Assembly: GCA_022842945.1 (NCBI GenBank)
Contig: JALHOO010000001.1
Location: 93,830-157,829, forward strand
Length of the DNA stretch: 64,000 nt
Reading direction: 5' to 3'
Origin: Minisyncoccota bacterium
Lineage (GTDB): Bacteria; Patescibacteriota; Minisyncoccia; Phycocordibacterales; Phycocordibacteraceae
Shown: piece by piece, positions 9,696 through 22,448 of the stretch
How positions within the stretch are numbered: position 1 is the first letter of the stretch
Layout of the letters: the number at the start of each line of letters is the position of its first letter
The notes under the pieces: model-generated
What the model was told of the DNA's origin: nothing
Database searches by the model: none
What the model saw: only the letters and a program-made list of their open reading frames with translations
Made by a program: the position numbers and the translations under genes

Positions 9696-10382
9696 ATGTC
9701 AGACTTCGCCGCACATGCGCAAGCTCTCGGGCTATCATTCAACAACCTCGGTCTCCTAACCGAGGCGTTGACGCATCGCTCGTATCTAAACGAGAACCGC
9801 ACCACCTCCGGCAAGCATAACGAGCGCCTTGAGTTCCTTGGAGATGCGGTGCTTGAGCTTGCGGTTACGCACTTCCTGTTCGAGCGCTTTCCACACAAGC
9901 CTGAGGGAGACCTCACGGCGTTTCGTGCGGCACTCGTAAACACGTACTCGCTAGCAGAGACTGCAGAAGGCCTTGGCGTGAACGACATGCTGCTTCTTTC
10001 TAAGGGAGAGAAGAAGGATGTGGGACGTGCACGCCAGATTATCCTCGCCAACGCATTTGAGGCGATACTCGGTGCCATCTATCTTGATCAAGGGTATGAC
10101 GCGGCTGAAGCCTTTGTTGCAAAGAACCTCTATCCAAAGATTGAGACCGTTATCCAGAACCGCACCTGGCAGGACGCGAAGAGCCAGTTCCAGGAAGTAG
10201 CGCAGGAGAAGAAGAACGTTACCCCAACCTACAAGACCCTCAAGGAATCAGGCCCTGATCACGACAAGCAGTTTACGGTTGGTGTGTTTCTTGCGGACAA
10301 GGAGATTGCGCGCGGAGACGGGAAGAGCAAGCAAGAGGCGGAGCAGGCAGCGGCACAAGGAGCGCTCGAGAAGATTCAATAA
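9696..10382 (+). CDS. rnc: Ribonuclease III
   Basis: ALTHRSY, NERLEFLGDAVL, C-terminal dsRBD. Confidence 0.97.
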   Translation: MSDFAAHAQALGLSFNNLGLLTEALTHRSYLNENRTTSGKHNERLEFLGDAVLELAVTHFLFERFPHKPEGDLTAFRAALVNTYSLAETAEGLGVNDMLLLSKGEKKDVGRARQIILANAFEAILGAIYLDQGYDAAEAFVAKNLYPKIETVIQNRTWQDAKSQFQEVAQEKKNVTPTYKTLKESGPDHDKQFTVGVFLADKEIARGDGKSKQEAEQAAAQGALEKIQ

Positions 10383-10448
10383 GAAAGACACGCATATACC
10401 CGCCTCCCTATAGAAGGCGGGCTTTTGCATGCGCTATACTAGACGCAA

Positions 10449-12665
10449 ATGCTGAAGCGGCTTGAGATCGCTGGGTTCAAATCATTCGCGCGGAAGACCG
10501 TGCTTGATTTCTCGTCGTCGGTTACGTCGGTTGTGGGACCAAACGGGTCGGGTAAGTCGAACGTGGCGGAAGCCTTCCGCTTCGCGCTTGGCGAGCAGTC
10601 CATGAAGAGCATGCGCGGCAAGCGTAGCGAAGACCTTATTTGGTCCGGATCTAATATCGCACCCCGTGCTAACCGTGCTGCCGTTACGATTGTGTTCGAC
10701 AACACGAAGCGCATCTTCCCGCAGCTTGAGTTCGATGAGGTGGCAATTGAACGTGCGGTGTTCCGTGACGGCGCAAGCGAGTACGCTATCAATGGTTCGA
10801 AGACGAGACTGCGTGACGTACAGGAGCTTCTCGCAAGCGCGAACATTGGCGAGACCGGACACCACATCATCTCGCAAGGAGAGGCAGACCGTATTCTCTC
10901 GTCCGCGCCCAAAGAGCGCCGTAGCATGCTTGAGGACGCACTTGGTCTTAAGGTATTTGAATTCAAGAAGCAGGAAGCCGAACGAAAGCTCGAGCGCACG
11001 GAGGAGAACGTCCAGCAGGTGGAGGCACTTCGCCGGGAGATTGCACCGCACATCAGATTCCTCGCAAAGCAGGTAGAACGACTGGATCGTGCTGAGGAGC
11101 TTGCGAAAGAACTTCGTGCGCTCTGCCAGACGTACTTTGCTATTGAAGAGGCGTATCTGCGTATTGAGCGCACTGCAACGGAGGAGAAACTCCGTATTGT
11201 TTCTGAGAGTCTCGCAGTACTTGAAGCAGAACTCCGTACCTTCGAAGAGCGTGTAACAGTTGATGTTGAAGGCATCAAGCGGTCTGAAGCCGTGCGCTCT
11301 TGCGAGAAGGAACTCGACCGTCTAACCGGAGAACGTTCTGAGCTTGCGAGAGAGATTGGACGCGTTGAGGGAGCGTTAAACGAAGCAAAGCGCCGCAGTG
11401 TAGCGGTTGCGCACGATCCGTACGTAAAGGTATCTCGCGACGATATGACGGCGCTACGGGATGAGGTGGAGAGTCAGGTGCGCGCGGTTGAGCATGCAGA
11501 CCACGGTGCACTCCATGCAGCTCTTCAGACACTCCGGACCGCTATAACGGCGTTCTTTGAGCGCTACGTATCTGGTTCTGATGACTTCATGCCTGAAGAA
11601 GAGCAGGTAGCGCACGAGCTTGCTGCAAAGCACCTGGAGCTCATGCGCAAAGACACGGAGTTTTCTGAGTCGGTTGCGAAAGCGAGAGAGCTTCTGCGAA
11701 ACGCACGTGAAGCAACTATGGCGTACGAGGAAACCGGACGTGAACAGAATCGTCGCCTTCTTGATTTGGCAGAGGAGAAGGCTACGGCTGAGAGCGAGCG
11801 CTCACGCTTAGCTTCCCGCATGGGCGAGCTCGATTATCTATACGAAGACCTGGAGCAAGGGAAGCGGGAGGCGGTTGCGCTCGTTGGAGTGAACGCACTC
11901 TCGTACGACGCGGTACAGGCGCTTCCGAACGAAGACCGTAGGGCGCAGGAGGACAGGAAGCGCACCATGGAGCGTCTGAAGATTCGCGTTGAAGAGGCGG
12001 GAGGTTCAGGCGAGGATGTCCGCAGCGAATACAAGGAGGCAACAGACCGCGAGGCATTCCTGGCAAGCGAGCTTGAAGACCTGGCGAAGTCCGCAGCAGG
12101 TCTCAAAGAACTTATCGCTGAACTCGATACCGAGCTCCAGAAGAGTTTTGCAGAGGGTCTGCAAAAGGTTAACGCATCGTTCGGCGAGTTCTTCAGTCTT
12201 ATGTTTGGCGGGGGAGGCGCAAGGCTTGTGCTTGAAGAGTTTGCGGCCCCAGACGAAGAGGACGAGGAGTTTGAAGAAGACGCACAGCCAAAGCGTGCGA
12301 AGAATGCAAAGCCAGGTATTGAGATATCGGTTAACCTGCCTAAGAAGCGCGTGCAGGCACTCATGCAGCTCTCTGGAGGAGAGCGTGCACTCACTTCCAT
12401 TGCGCTTATCTTCGCGATGAGTCAGGTGAACCCACCACCGTTCCTTATTCTCGACGAGACGGACGCTGCTCTCGACGAGGCAAACAGCCGCCGCTATGGA
12501 GACATGATTGAGAACCTCTCAAGCAAGTCTCAGCTCATTGTTATCACGCACAACCGCGAGACTATGAGTCGCGCGGGTATTCTGTACGGCGTAACTATGG
12601 GAGCGGACGGTATTTCTAAACTCCTCTCCGTTAAGTTTGAGGAAGCGGTGTCGGTCGCGAAGTAG
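10449..12665 (+). CDS. smc: Short SMC-family ATPase (738 aa)
   Basis: GFKSFA, GPNGSGKSN, Q-loop IISQG, LSGGE, ILDETDAALD, ITH; coiled coils; follows rnc. Confidence 0.88.
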   Translation: MLKRLEIAGFKSFARKTVLDFSSSVTSVVGPNGSGKSNVAEAFRFALGEQSMKSMRGKRSEDLIWSGSNIAPRANRAAVTIVFDNTKRIFPQLEFDEVAIERAVFRDGASEYAINGSKTRLRDVQELLASANIGETGHHIISQGEADRILSSAPKERRSMLEDALGLKVFEFKKQEAERKLERTEENVQQVEALRREIAPHIRFLAKQVERLDRAEELAKELRALCQTYFAIEEAYLRIERTATEEKLRIVSESLAVLEAELRTFEERVTVDVEGIKRSEAVRSCEKELDRLTGERSELAREIGRVEGALNEAKRRSVAVAHDPYVKVSRDDMTALRDEVESQVRAVEHADHGALHAALQTLRTAITAFFERYVSGSDDFMPEEEQVAHELAAKHLELMRKDTEFSESVAKARELLRNAREATMAYEETGREQNRRLLDLAEEKATAESERSRLASRMGELDYLYEDLEQGKREAVALVGVNALSYDAVQALPNEDRRAQEDRKRTMERLKIRVEEAGGSGEDVRSEYKEATDREAFLASELEDLAKSAAGLKELIAELDTELQKSFAEGLQKVNASFGEFFSLMFGGGGARLVLEEFAAPDEEDEEFEEDAQPKRAKNAKPGIEISVNLPKKRVQALMQLSGGERALTSIALIFAMSQVNPPPFLILDETDAALDEANSRRYGDMIENLSSKSQLIVITHNRETMSRAGILYGVTMGADGISKLLSVKFEEAVSVAK

Positions 12666-12666
12666 G

Positions 12667-12694
12667 TTGCATTTTTATAGGTGTGTGTTATATT
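12667..12694 (+). promoter_or_regulatory. sigma70 promoter
   Basis: TTGCAT-16-TATATT with TG extended -10. Confidence 0.6.
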
Positions 12695-12700
12695 GAAAAC

Positions 12701-12947
12701 AGCACTGAACACAAGAAGTACACCTGCATGAGAGACACTGGAAGTATGTGGAATCCGGACAAAGCCTACCTGTCAGGAAATCGAAGCACGGTGGGGTCAG
12801 GCGATGCTATCCCTGGGAGAGCTGGTTTGTACGCAGAGATAGTTTCCTGCTCGCCAAACCGGCCTATCGTACCGCCCACACCCCCGCTTCAGAAATAAGG
12901 AAAGGAGAAAAGAGCTCCACGGCACTTGTGTCCGTGGGGTTTTCTTT
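12701..12947 (+). ncRNA. Candidate structured ncRNA B (long bulged hairpin)
   Basis: Promoter upstream; interrupted stem 12783-12890 (GAAGC/GCTTC, GGTG/CACC, CGAT/ATCG, GCTGGTTTG/CAAACCGGC, GCAG/CTGC); terminator 12912-12947. Confidence 0.5.
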
Positions 12948-13006
12948 ATCCCCATAGACGCTTTTTGTAAGAAGCGTATGCTTTCCACACCTAACCAACA
13001 CTATCC

Positions 13007-14233
13007 ATGGCCGCATTCGAATACTTCAAGCACAACGTAGGGAAAGCCGCTGACTTGCTCAAGCTCTCAGAAGAGGAGCGCGCTCTCTTCATGACGCCAG
13101 ACCGTGTCCTTAAGGCTGAGCTCGAGGTCTCCATGGACGACGGGCGCATCGAAACGTTCCCGGCGTACCGTGTGCAGTTCAACAACGCGCGCGGTCCGTA
13201 CAAGGGCGGCATACGCTTCCATAAGGACGCAGATGAGGACGAGGTTATGGCTCTTGCTGCCATGATGGCTATTAAGTGCGCGGTTGTTGATATTCCGTTT
13301 GGAGGCGCTAAGGGCGGGGTAACGGTTGATCCGAAGAAACTGTCCGAAGGAGAGCTGGAGCGTCTCTCACGTGCGTATGTGAGAGCGTTCGCAGACAACC
13401 TCGGACCTGATACAGACGTGCCAGCTCCAGACGTCTACACCAACCCTGAGATCATGAGAATCATGCTCGACGAGTACGAGACTCTAACGGGTACCAAAGC
13501 GCCTGCGATGATAACAGGAAAGCCTCTTGAGAACGGGGGAAGCCTTGGGCGCGATACGGCAACGGCAGACGGTGCTATCTATGTGCTCGAAGCACTCCTT
13601 GAGGACCAGCACCGCAGTCTTGAGGGCGTGGAGGTGGCGGTGCAGGGAGCGGGGAATGCAGGCGCACAGGCGGCACGTCTCGTTGAAGCGCATGGCGGGA
13701 AGGTAGTGGCTCTCGCAGATAGTCATGGCTCGCTCCTTAACCCAGAGGGTATCGATACGAGTGCAGTGCTCGCGCTCAAAGCTAACGGCGCTTCAGTGCA
13801 TGACGCGGTAGATTTTGGAACAGCTGGAAATGCCGAGGCCGTTATTAGTGCTGTCTGCGACGTACTTATTCCCGCGGCTCTTGAAGAGGTTATAACCGCA
13901 AAGAATGCAGGAACGGTTATGGCAACGGTAGTGCTTGAAGTTGCCAACGGTCCGGTTACTCCTGAAGCAGATGAGCTCCTCACCGCACGTGCTATTGGTG
14001 TGGTGCCGGACGTGCTTGCGAACGCAGGCGGTGTAACGGTGTCGTACTTCGAATGGCTTCAGAACCGTGCGGGTGAGGTGTGGACACACGAGCGCGTTAC
14101 GGAGCGCTTGAAGGACACGATGCGTGATGCATACCGTGACGTAGCTGACTTTGCCTACGAGCGCGGTATTACGCTTCGCGAGGCTGCCTACGCACTTGCC
14201 CTTACGCGCATCCTTGCGGCGAGGAAGCTGTAG
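13007..14233 (+). CDS. gdhA: Glu/Leu/Phe/Val (glutamate) dehydrogenase
   Basis: RGPYKGGIRFH, PFGGAKGG, DVPAPDV, ITGKP, QGAGNAG, EVANGP, ANAGGVTVSYFEW. Confidence 0.93.
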   Translation: MAAFEYFKHNVGKAADLLKLSEEERALFMTPDRVLKAELEVSMDDGRIETFPAYRVQFNNARGPYKGGIRFHKDADEDEVMALAAMMAIKCAVVDIPFGGAKGGVTVDPKKLSEGELERLSRAYVRAFADNLGPDTDVPAPDVYTNPEIMRIMLDEYETLTGTKAPAMITGKPLENGGSLGRDTATADGAIYVLEALLEDQHRSLEGVEVAVQGAGNAGAQAARLVEAHGGKVVALADSHGSLLNPEGIDTSAVLALKANGASVHDAVDFGTAGNAEAVISAVCDVLIPAALEEVITAKNAGTVMATVVLEVANGPVTPEADELLTARAIGVVPDVLANAGGVTVSYFEWLQNRAGEVWTHERVTERLKDTMRDAYRDVADFAYERGITLREAAYALALTRILAARKL

Positions 14234-14244
14234 AATAGGAGCAT

Positions 14245-14598
14245 ATGGAAACACTTCAAGGCGCGTGCCACTGCAGGAATATTAGATACGAGGTAGAGCT
14301 CGACCTCATGCAGCCGGTTATTGAGTGCAACTGCTCGCACTGCCAGATGAAGGGATTCCTTCTTCAGTTCACCACCCCTGAGAAGTTTTCGATTCTCCAA
14401 GGAGAGGAGGAATTGAAGACGTATCGCTTCAACAAGCATGTTATCGAGCATATGTTCTGTTCAGACTGCGGTGTAGAACCGTTTGGAAAGGGGAACAATC
14501 CGGACGGAAGTCCTGCGATTGCGATTAACGTGCGTACGATTGATGGGGTCGATGTGCCAGCCTTGAATCGAATGCCGTACGACGGGAAGAATATGTAA
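14245..14598 (+). CDS. GFA/CENP-V family Zn-binding protein
   Basis: GACHC...CNCSHC...FCSDCG. Confidence 0.88.
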   Translation: METLQGACHCRNIRYEVELDLMQPVIECNCSHCQMKGFLLQFTTPEKFSILQGEEELKTYRFNKHVIEHMFCSDCGVEPFGKGNNPDGSPAIAINVRTIDGVDVPALNRMPYDGKNM

Positions 14599-14638
14599 AA
14601 GCAAAAGCGCCGCATCTGCGGCGCTTTTGCTTCTGTCT

Positions 14639-16603
14639 TTACGCTTTCTTTACGATCTCGAAGTCGAGCTCGCGCTCTGCAAGACGCGCATCAACGAGCT
14701 TCACGCGGATTGGGTCTCCAAGCGCATACTCAACCTTTGTCTTCTCGCCAACGAGGCGGTATCGCTTCTCGTCATAGATGAAGTAGTCGTCACCGATGTT
14801 GCGGATACGAATCATGCCCTCAGCACGAGACTCTTGAAGTTCAACAAAGAGTCCACGGTCTGAGACGCCTGAGATAACGGCATCGAACTCTTCTCCCACA
14901 TGCTCCATCATGTACTCAACCTGTTTCATTTTGATAGAGTCGCGCTCCGCTTCAACGGCGGAAACCTCGCGCTCGGAAGAATGCATGGCAAGTTGGTCGA
15001 GCTCTCCCTTCTCTTCGTTTGAGAATGGGGTGCCAACGGTGTAGTGCTTGGTTAGGCGGTGGATGAGGAGGTCTGGATAGCGACGGATAGGGGAGGTGAA
15101 GTGTGTGTAGAACTCAAAGGCAAGCCCGAAGTGTCCGCCGTTCTTTGTGGCGTACACCGCTTTGGACATGGAGCGGAGCGCGGCAACCTTGATGAGATAC
15201 TCCTCAGGCTTTCCAATAACCTGCGAGAGAAGCGCATTAATGTCTGCACCTTTCACTTTGCCAGCAACAACCGGAAGCTCATATCCCATAACTTTTAGGA
15301 ACTGCGAGAGGTTCTCGATGCGATCCTGGTCCGGGGACTCGTGCACGCGGTAGATACTCTGTGACTTTGTCTTCTTCACTTCAGTTGAGAGGAACTCTGC
15401 AACGGCTTCGTTCGCGAGCAACATGAAGTCCTCGATAACAAGCATGGTGTCGATGCGATTCTTGAGAAGAATCTCAACCGGCTTTCCTGTCTCGTCGAGC
15501 AAGATCTTTACCTCAGGGGTATCAAACGCAATAGCGCCCTTGGCAACGCGACGTGCACGAATCTTGTCGGCGAGCATCTTTAGGGTGTTGAGCTCTTCAA
15601 GCATGATGCCGTCTTGCTTGTTGAGTACTTCCTGCGCTTCTTCGTACGTGAAGCGCTTGTCTGAGTGGATAACGGTTGGACCAAACCAGCGAGAGACGAT
15701 ACCCGCTTCCTTGTTGAGCTCGAACACCGCCGACATCGAGAGGCGGTCTTCGTTTGGGTTTAGGGAACAGAGATCCGTTGAGAGGATGTGCGGAAGCATC
15801 GGGATGGTGCGGTCTACGAGGTATACCGACGTAGCGCGCTTCCTTGCCTCGTTATCTATCTGCGTTCCAGGACGCACGAAGTGAGAGACGTCAGCAATGT
15901 GCACACCAATCTCGTAGTTGCCGTTTGGAAGCACCTTTACCGAAAGGGCATCGTCGAAGTCCTTCGCATCGAACGGGTCAATGGTGAAGGTGGTGGTGCC
16001 GCGGAAGTCCTTGCGGGTGCCGGCAGCAACTTCCTGGTCTGCACCGTCTTTCAACATCTGACGTCCGTGAGTCTCCAGGTATTGCGCTTCAGTTTGTACG
16101 CCAGGCGGGAAGTCAGAACGGAATCCTTGCGAGAGTGCGAGTGCACGCATTTCGGTCTCATGTTCTCCAGCAGGACCAATGATCTCCTCGAGTTCTCCCC
16201 ACGGGTATGGCTGGTGCTGGTTCCATCCTTTGAAGCGGATGATTACCTTGTGTCCCAAAGGAAGCGACTCTCCCTTAACCACAAACGGCACGTACATTTT
16301 CTTCCAGTCTGGAATAAGCATGGTGAGGTTCTCCTCTTTGTTCTCAACGAGCTTTCCAACAAAGGTCTCACGAGCGCGGCCGGTTACTTCAACTACTTTT
16401 CCTGCAGCACGCTTCTTGCCGGTGCGCTGGTCGGTGTCGTATCCCGTGAAAGAGACCTTCACCGTGTCGCCAGGGAAGGCACCTCCCAGGTTCTCGCCAG
16501 CGATGAACATGTCCTCCTCGTTGGGGTCGTAGGAGAAGAATCCCTTACCAGTTTTTATGATCGTAATGGGTCCTTCGTAGATAGTGTCTTTCTGTAGGGG
16601 CAT
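14639..16603 (-). CDS. rnr: Ribonuclease R (RNB family)
   Basis: FTIDPFDAKDFDDALS, HIADVS, IEDFMLLAN, HFGLA..YTHFTSPIRRYPD, S1 domain. Confidence 0.95.
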   Translation of the reverse strand: MPLQKDTIYEGPITIIKTGKGFFSYDPNEEDMFIAGENLGGAFPGDTVKVSFTGYDTDQRTGKKRAAGKVVEVTGRARETFVGKLVENKEENLTMLIPDWKKMYVPFVVKGESLPLGHKVIIRFKGWNQHQPYPWGELEEIIGPAGEHETEMRALALSQGFRSDFPPGVQTEAQYLETHGRQMLKDGADQEVAAGTRKDFRGTTTFTIDPFDAKDFDDALSVKVLPNGNYEIGVHIADVSHFVRPGTQIDNEARKRATSVYLVDRTIPMLPHILSTDLCSLNPNEDRLSMSAVFELNKEAGIVSRWFGPTVIHSDKRFTYEEAQEVLNKQDGIMLEELNTLKMLADKIRARRVAKGAIAFDTPEVKILLDETGKPVEILLKNRIDTMLVIEDFMLLANEAVAEFLSTEVKKTKSQSIYRVHESPDQDRIENLSQFLKVMGYELPVVAGKVKGADINALLSQVIGKPEEYLIKVAALRSMSKAVYATKNGGHFGLAFEFYTHFTSPIRRYPDLLIHRLTKHYTVGTPFSNEEKGELDQLAMHSSEREVSAVEAERDSIKMKQVEYMMEHVGEEFDAVISGVSDRGLFVELQESRAEGMIRIRNIGDDYFIYDEKRYRLVGEKTKVEYALGDPIRVKLVDARLAERELDFEIVKKA

Positions 16604-16650
16604 AGTGTTTACAACTCTATCAGACGTATCTGTATTTGCTATGATTTATA

Positions 16651-16885
16651 GGTCGGCTCCGTCGACGATCCTGAGAACCTGGGGCGGCTGTCTTTTCTAG
16701 ACGCCGCCCCTTCTTTACTCTCCTGCGCTCAGGTTTGTTGATTGCATTCTCTACGGATAAGGGTATCGTTAGGATACTGCTCGGTACTGGTGTGTGAGCA
16801 GGGACGCGTCGCGTCCGAGGGTGGCGGGCCTTAGGCCCCTGGGGCCCGCCACCTCTTTTGCGCCCGGTTTCATTCCGGGCGCTCT
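16651..16885 (+). ncRNA. Candidate small structured RNA(s) C: hairpin array between rnr and the rpsP promoter
   Basis: TGcTATGAT extended -10 at 16637-16645; TTGCAT-16-TATCGT at 16742-16769; six hairpins with + strand G-U pairs; rpsP has its own TTGACC-17-TACGCT promoter downstream. Confidence 0.42.
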
Positions 16886-16942
16886 CTATGTAAAGGCCTT
16901 GTTTGACCCATAACCGTATATCTGGTACGCTTCCCGCTACAT

Positions 16943-17446
16943 ATGTTGATGATCCGATTCCAGAGAATAGGCCGTAGGAACGATGCGTCGTTCCGCATGG
17001 CGGTGCTTGAGAAAACTGCCGGCCCAAAGGCGGGTAAGTACGTCGACCTCGTAGGTAGCTACAACCCAAAGACTAAGCAGATTACGTACAAGGCAGACCG
17101 TATCAAGGACTGGATTGGAAAGGGTGCACAGGTATCTCCAAGCCTTAAGAACCTCCTTATCAAGAACGGCGTTCTCGAAGGATCTATGACCCCGGTTATC
17201 TCAAAGAAGAATCTTGAGAAGAACATTGCGAAGAAGAAGGCTGAGGACGAGGCTGCTGCCCTAAAGGCTGCTGAGGAGAAGGCAAAGGCAGACGCTGCTG
17301 CAGCCGCTGCCGCTGAGGAAGCTGCAAACGCTCCTCAAGAAGAGGCTGCTCCCGAAGAAGCTCCTGTAGCTGAGGAAGCACCTGCTGAGGCTCCTGTAGA
17401 GGAAGCTGCTCCTGAAGAGACAAAGGAAGAAGAGCCAGCTGCGTAA
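16943..17446 (+). CDS. rpsP: 30S ribosomal protein S16 with Ala/Glu-rich tail
   Basis: MLMIRFQRIGRRN, VGSYNP, WIGKGAQVS; AEEAP repeats in tail. Confidence 0.93.
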   Translation: MLMIRFQRIGRRNDASFRMAVLEKTAGPKAGKYVDLVGSYNPKTKQITYKADRIKDWIGKGAQVSPSLKNLLIKNGVLEGSMTPVISKKNLEKNIAKKKAEDEAAALKAAEEKAKADAAAAAAAEEAANAPQEEAAPEEAPVAEEAPAEAPVEEAAPEETKEEEPAA

Positions 17447-17515
17447 GCAGACCTTCTTTGTGAGCGCTCGCTCGCATTACTCATACTGAATATCCCGTAC
17501 CGCTGACACGATTCT

Positions 17516-17821
17516 ATGGAACAAGACCACGCATACCTCGATTTCACTATCAAAGCCCTCGTCGACAACCCTGACGCGGTTGTTATCAATCGTTCCGTAG
17601 ATGAGATGGGTGTCCTCCTTACCCTCACGGTTTCTCCGGACGACATGGGCAAGATAATCGGCAAGGACGGCAACATTGCGAAAGCCATCCGCACACTCCT
17701 GCGCGTTGTGGGTATGAAGCACAATGCGCGTGTGAACCTAAAGATTAACGAACCTCTAGGAGGAAAGCACTTCGAAGGAGAGAACCGCTCTCTTGATCAG
17801 GTGCTTGGCGACATCGCGTAA
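17516..17821 (+). CDS. khpA: KH-domain RNA-binding protein KhpA
   Basis: LVDNPDAV, DMGKIIGKDGNIAKAIRTLL; follows rpsP. Confidence 0.88.
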   Translation: MEQDHAYLDFTIKALVDNPDAVVINRSVDEMGVLLTLTVSPDDMGKIIGKDGNIAKAIRTLLRVVGMKHNARVNLKINEPLGGKHFEGENRSLDQVLGDIA

Positions 17822-17853
17822 CAGAAAGCGGCTCTGCCGCTTCTTTTCGATCT

Positions 17854-18540
17854 ATGATTCGATTCCATCTCGTAACCTTATTTCCTGAAGCCTGCGAGGC
17901 GTATCTCTCCGCTTCTATCCTTGGACGTGCCCGCGCTGCAAAGAAGATGTCAGTTAGCTATCAGTCTCCTCGCCCGTATGTAACCAACCGCTGGGGAAAG
18001 GTTGATGAGCGTCCGTATGGAGGCGGGCCCGGTATGGTTATGACGGCACTTCCCGTGGTGAAGGCGGTTAAGAAGTCTCTTGGGCGCCGCAAGGGTAAGA
18101 AGGCCATCATCTGGTTCAGTCCAACCGCAAAGCAGTTTACGAACAAAGACGCAGACCTCCTTTCAAAGTACGACGAAGTGCTCTTTGTCTGCGGACGCTA
18201 CGAAGGTATCGACGAGCGCGCCAAGAAGATTGTTGCCACCATGGGAACGCTCAAGACCTATGCGGTTGGGGAGGCAGTGTACACGGGAGGCGAGGTTCCT
18301 GCGCTCGCTATGGTGGACGCTATAACGCGTCGTATACCGGGTGTCCTTGGCAAAGACGAGTCTGTAGAGGAACGACGCACCGCACCACCTGACGTATACA
18401 CCCGCCCTGAAGCTATCGAGTGGGAAGGGAAGACCTACAAGGTGCCGCCAGTCCTCAAGACCGGAGACCACAAGAAGATTGACGCGTTTCGTGCAAAGCA
18501 GCTTTCAGCAACAGCCAAAGCAAAGAAAGCTTCCAAGTAG
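17854..18540 (+). CDS. trmD: tRNA (guanine37-N1)-methyltransferase
   Basis: TLFPE, DERPYGGGPGMVM, CGRYEGIDER, TGGE, YTRP. Confidence 0.95.
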   Translation: MIRFHLVTLFPEACEAYLSASILGRARAAKKMSVSYQSPRPYVTNRWGKVDERPYGGGPGMVMTALPVVKAVKKSLGRRKGKKAIIWFSPTAKQFTNKDADLLSKYDEVLFVCGRYEGIDERAKKIVATMGTLKTYAVGEAVYTGGEVPALAMVDAITRRIPGVLGKDESVEERRTAPPDVYTRPEAIEWEGKTYKVPPVLKTGDHKKIDAFRAKQLSATAKAKKASK

Positions 18541-18632
18541 GCAACAGTTTCATACATTGACAATACCGCTGTATGGTGGTATGTTGCTAGACGAGCCTGA
18601 TTTCAGGAAGTCACTATTGGAGGAGACTCTCA

Positions 18633-18983
18633 ATGCCCGTTCTTCTGTTTGGTATCCTCACTGGCGCGGTCTTCATGGTGCAGATCGCAGTTTCGTACCG
18701 GTGGCTTCAGCCCACTGCGAACAGCATCACGTCGTTCGTGGCCGAGCACTTCATCGTGCTCGTCCTGCTTGCACTCTTCATCGACTTCGACCGCGCCGTG
18801 ATCATCGTCGGCTTCATGGCGATCGCCACCGTTGCCGGCTACGCTGCCTACCTGGCGAATTGCCCGAACATCCGGCGCCGGACCAATGTCGAGGCTCTGG
18901 CACGCGACAAGACAGCGTCTGAGCCGGTGATCACACATGTCCGGCCGTACCAGACCGGCCAGATATACGACGGGCACCACTGA
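18633..18983 (+). CDS. Orphan 3-TM membrane protein
   Basis: TTGACA-17-TATGTT promoter, GGAGGAG SD, hydrophobic segments, terminator GAGGGCGGCTTC/GAAGCCGCCCTT. Confidence 0.7.
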   Translation: MPVLLFGILTGAVFMVQIAVSYRWLQPTANSITSFVAEHFIVLVLLALFIDFDRAVIIVGFMAIATVAGYAAYLANCPNIRRRTNVEALARDKTASEPVITHVRPYQTGQIYDGHH

Positions 18984-19260
18984 CCAAGTGTCAGGGTGCC
19001 CACATGAGGGCGGCTTCTCCGGAAGCCGCCCTTTTCCATTGGTTTCTCCCTTCAAACCTCCTATCCACAGCCTATTGACCCTCATACGTCCTTCACGGTA
19101 TAGTATCCCTACGACTGAGTAACGGCCGATACGCGAGAAACGGGCAGGGAAATAGGGCGAACACTTTTTAAAAACAGCGTCTCCATGAACGAGGGGCGCG
19201 GCACGTATGTATACGTGCCCATTCGGCGTTTAGGGAGAGTGCGTAACTATACGAACTGAC

Positions 19261-22437
<3,177 letters not shown>

Positions 22438-22448
22438 CGAAATCATCT

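Noticed and set aside
17821-17854. Missing rimM between khpA and trmD as a novelty
   Set aside because: Absence from this operon alone is uninformative; gene loss or relocation is ordinary in CPR
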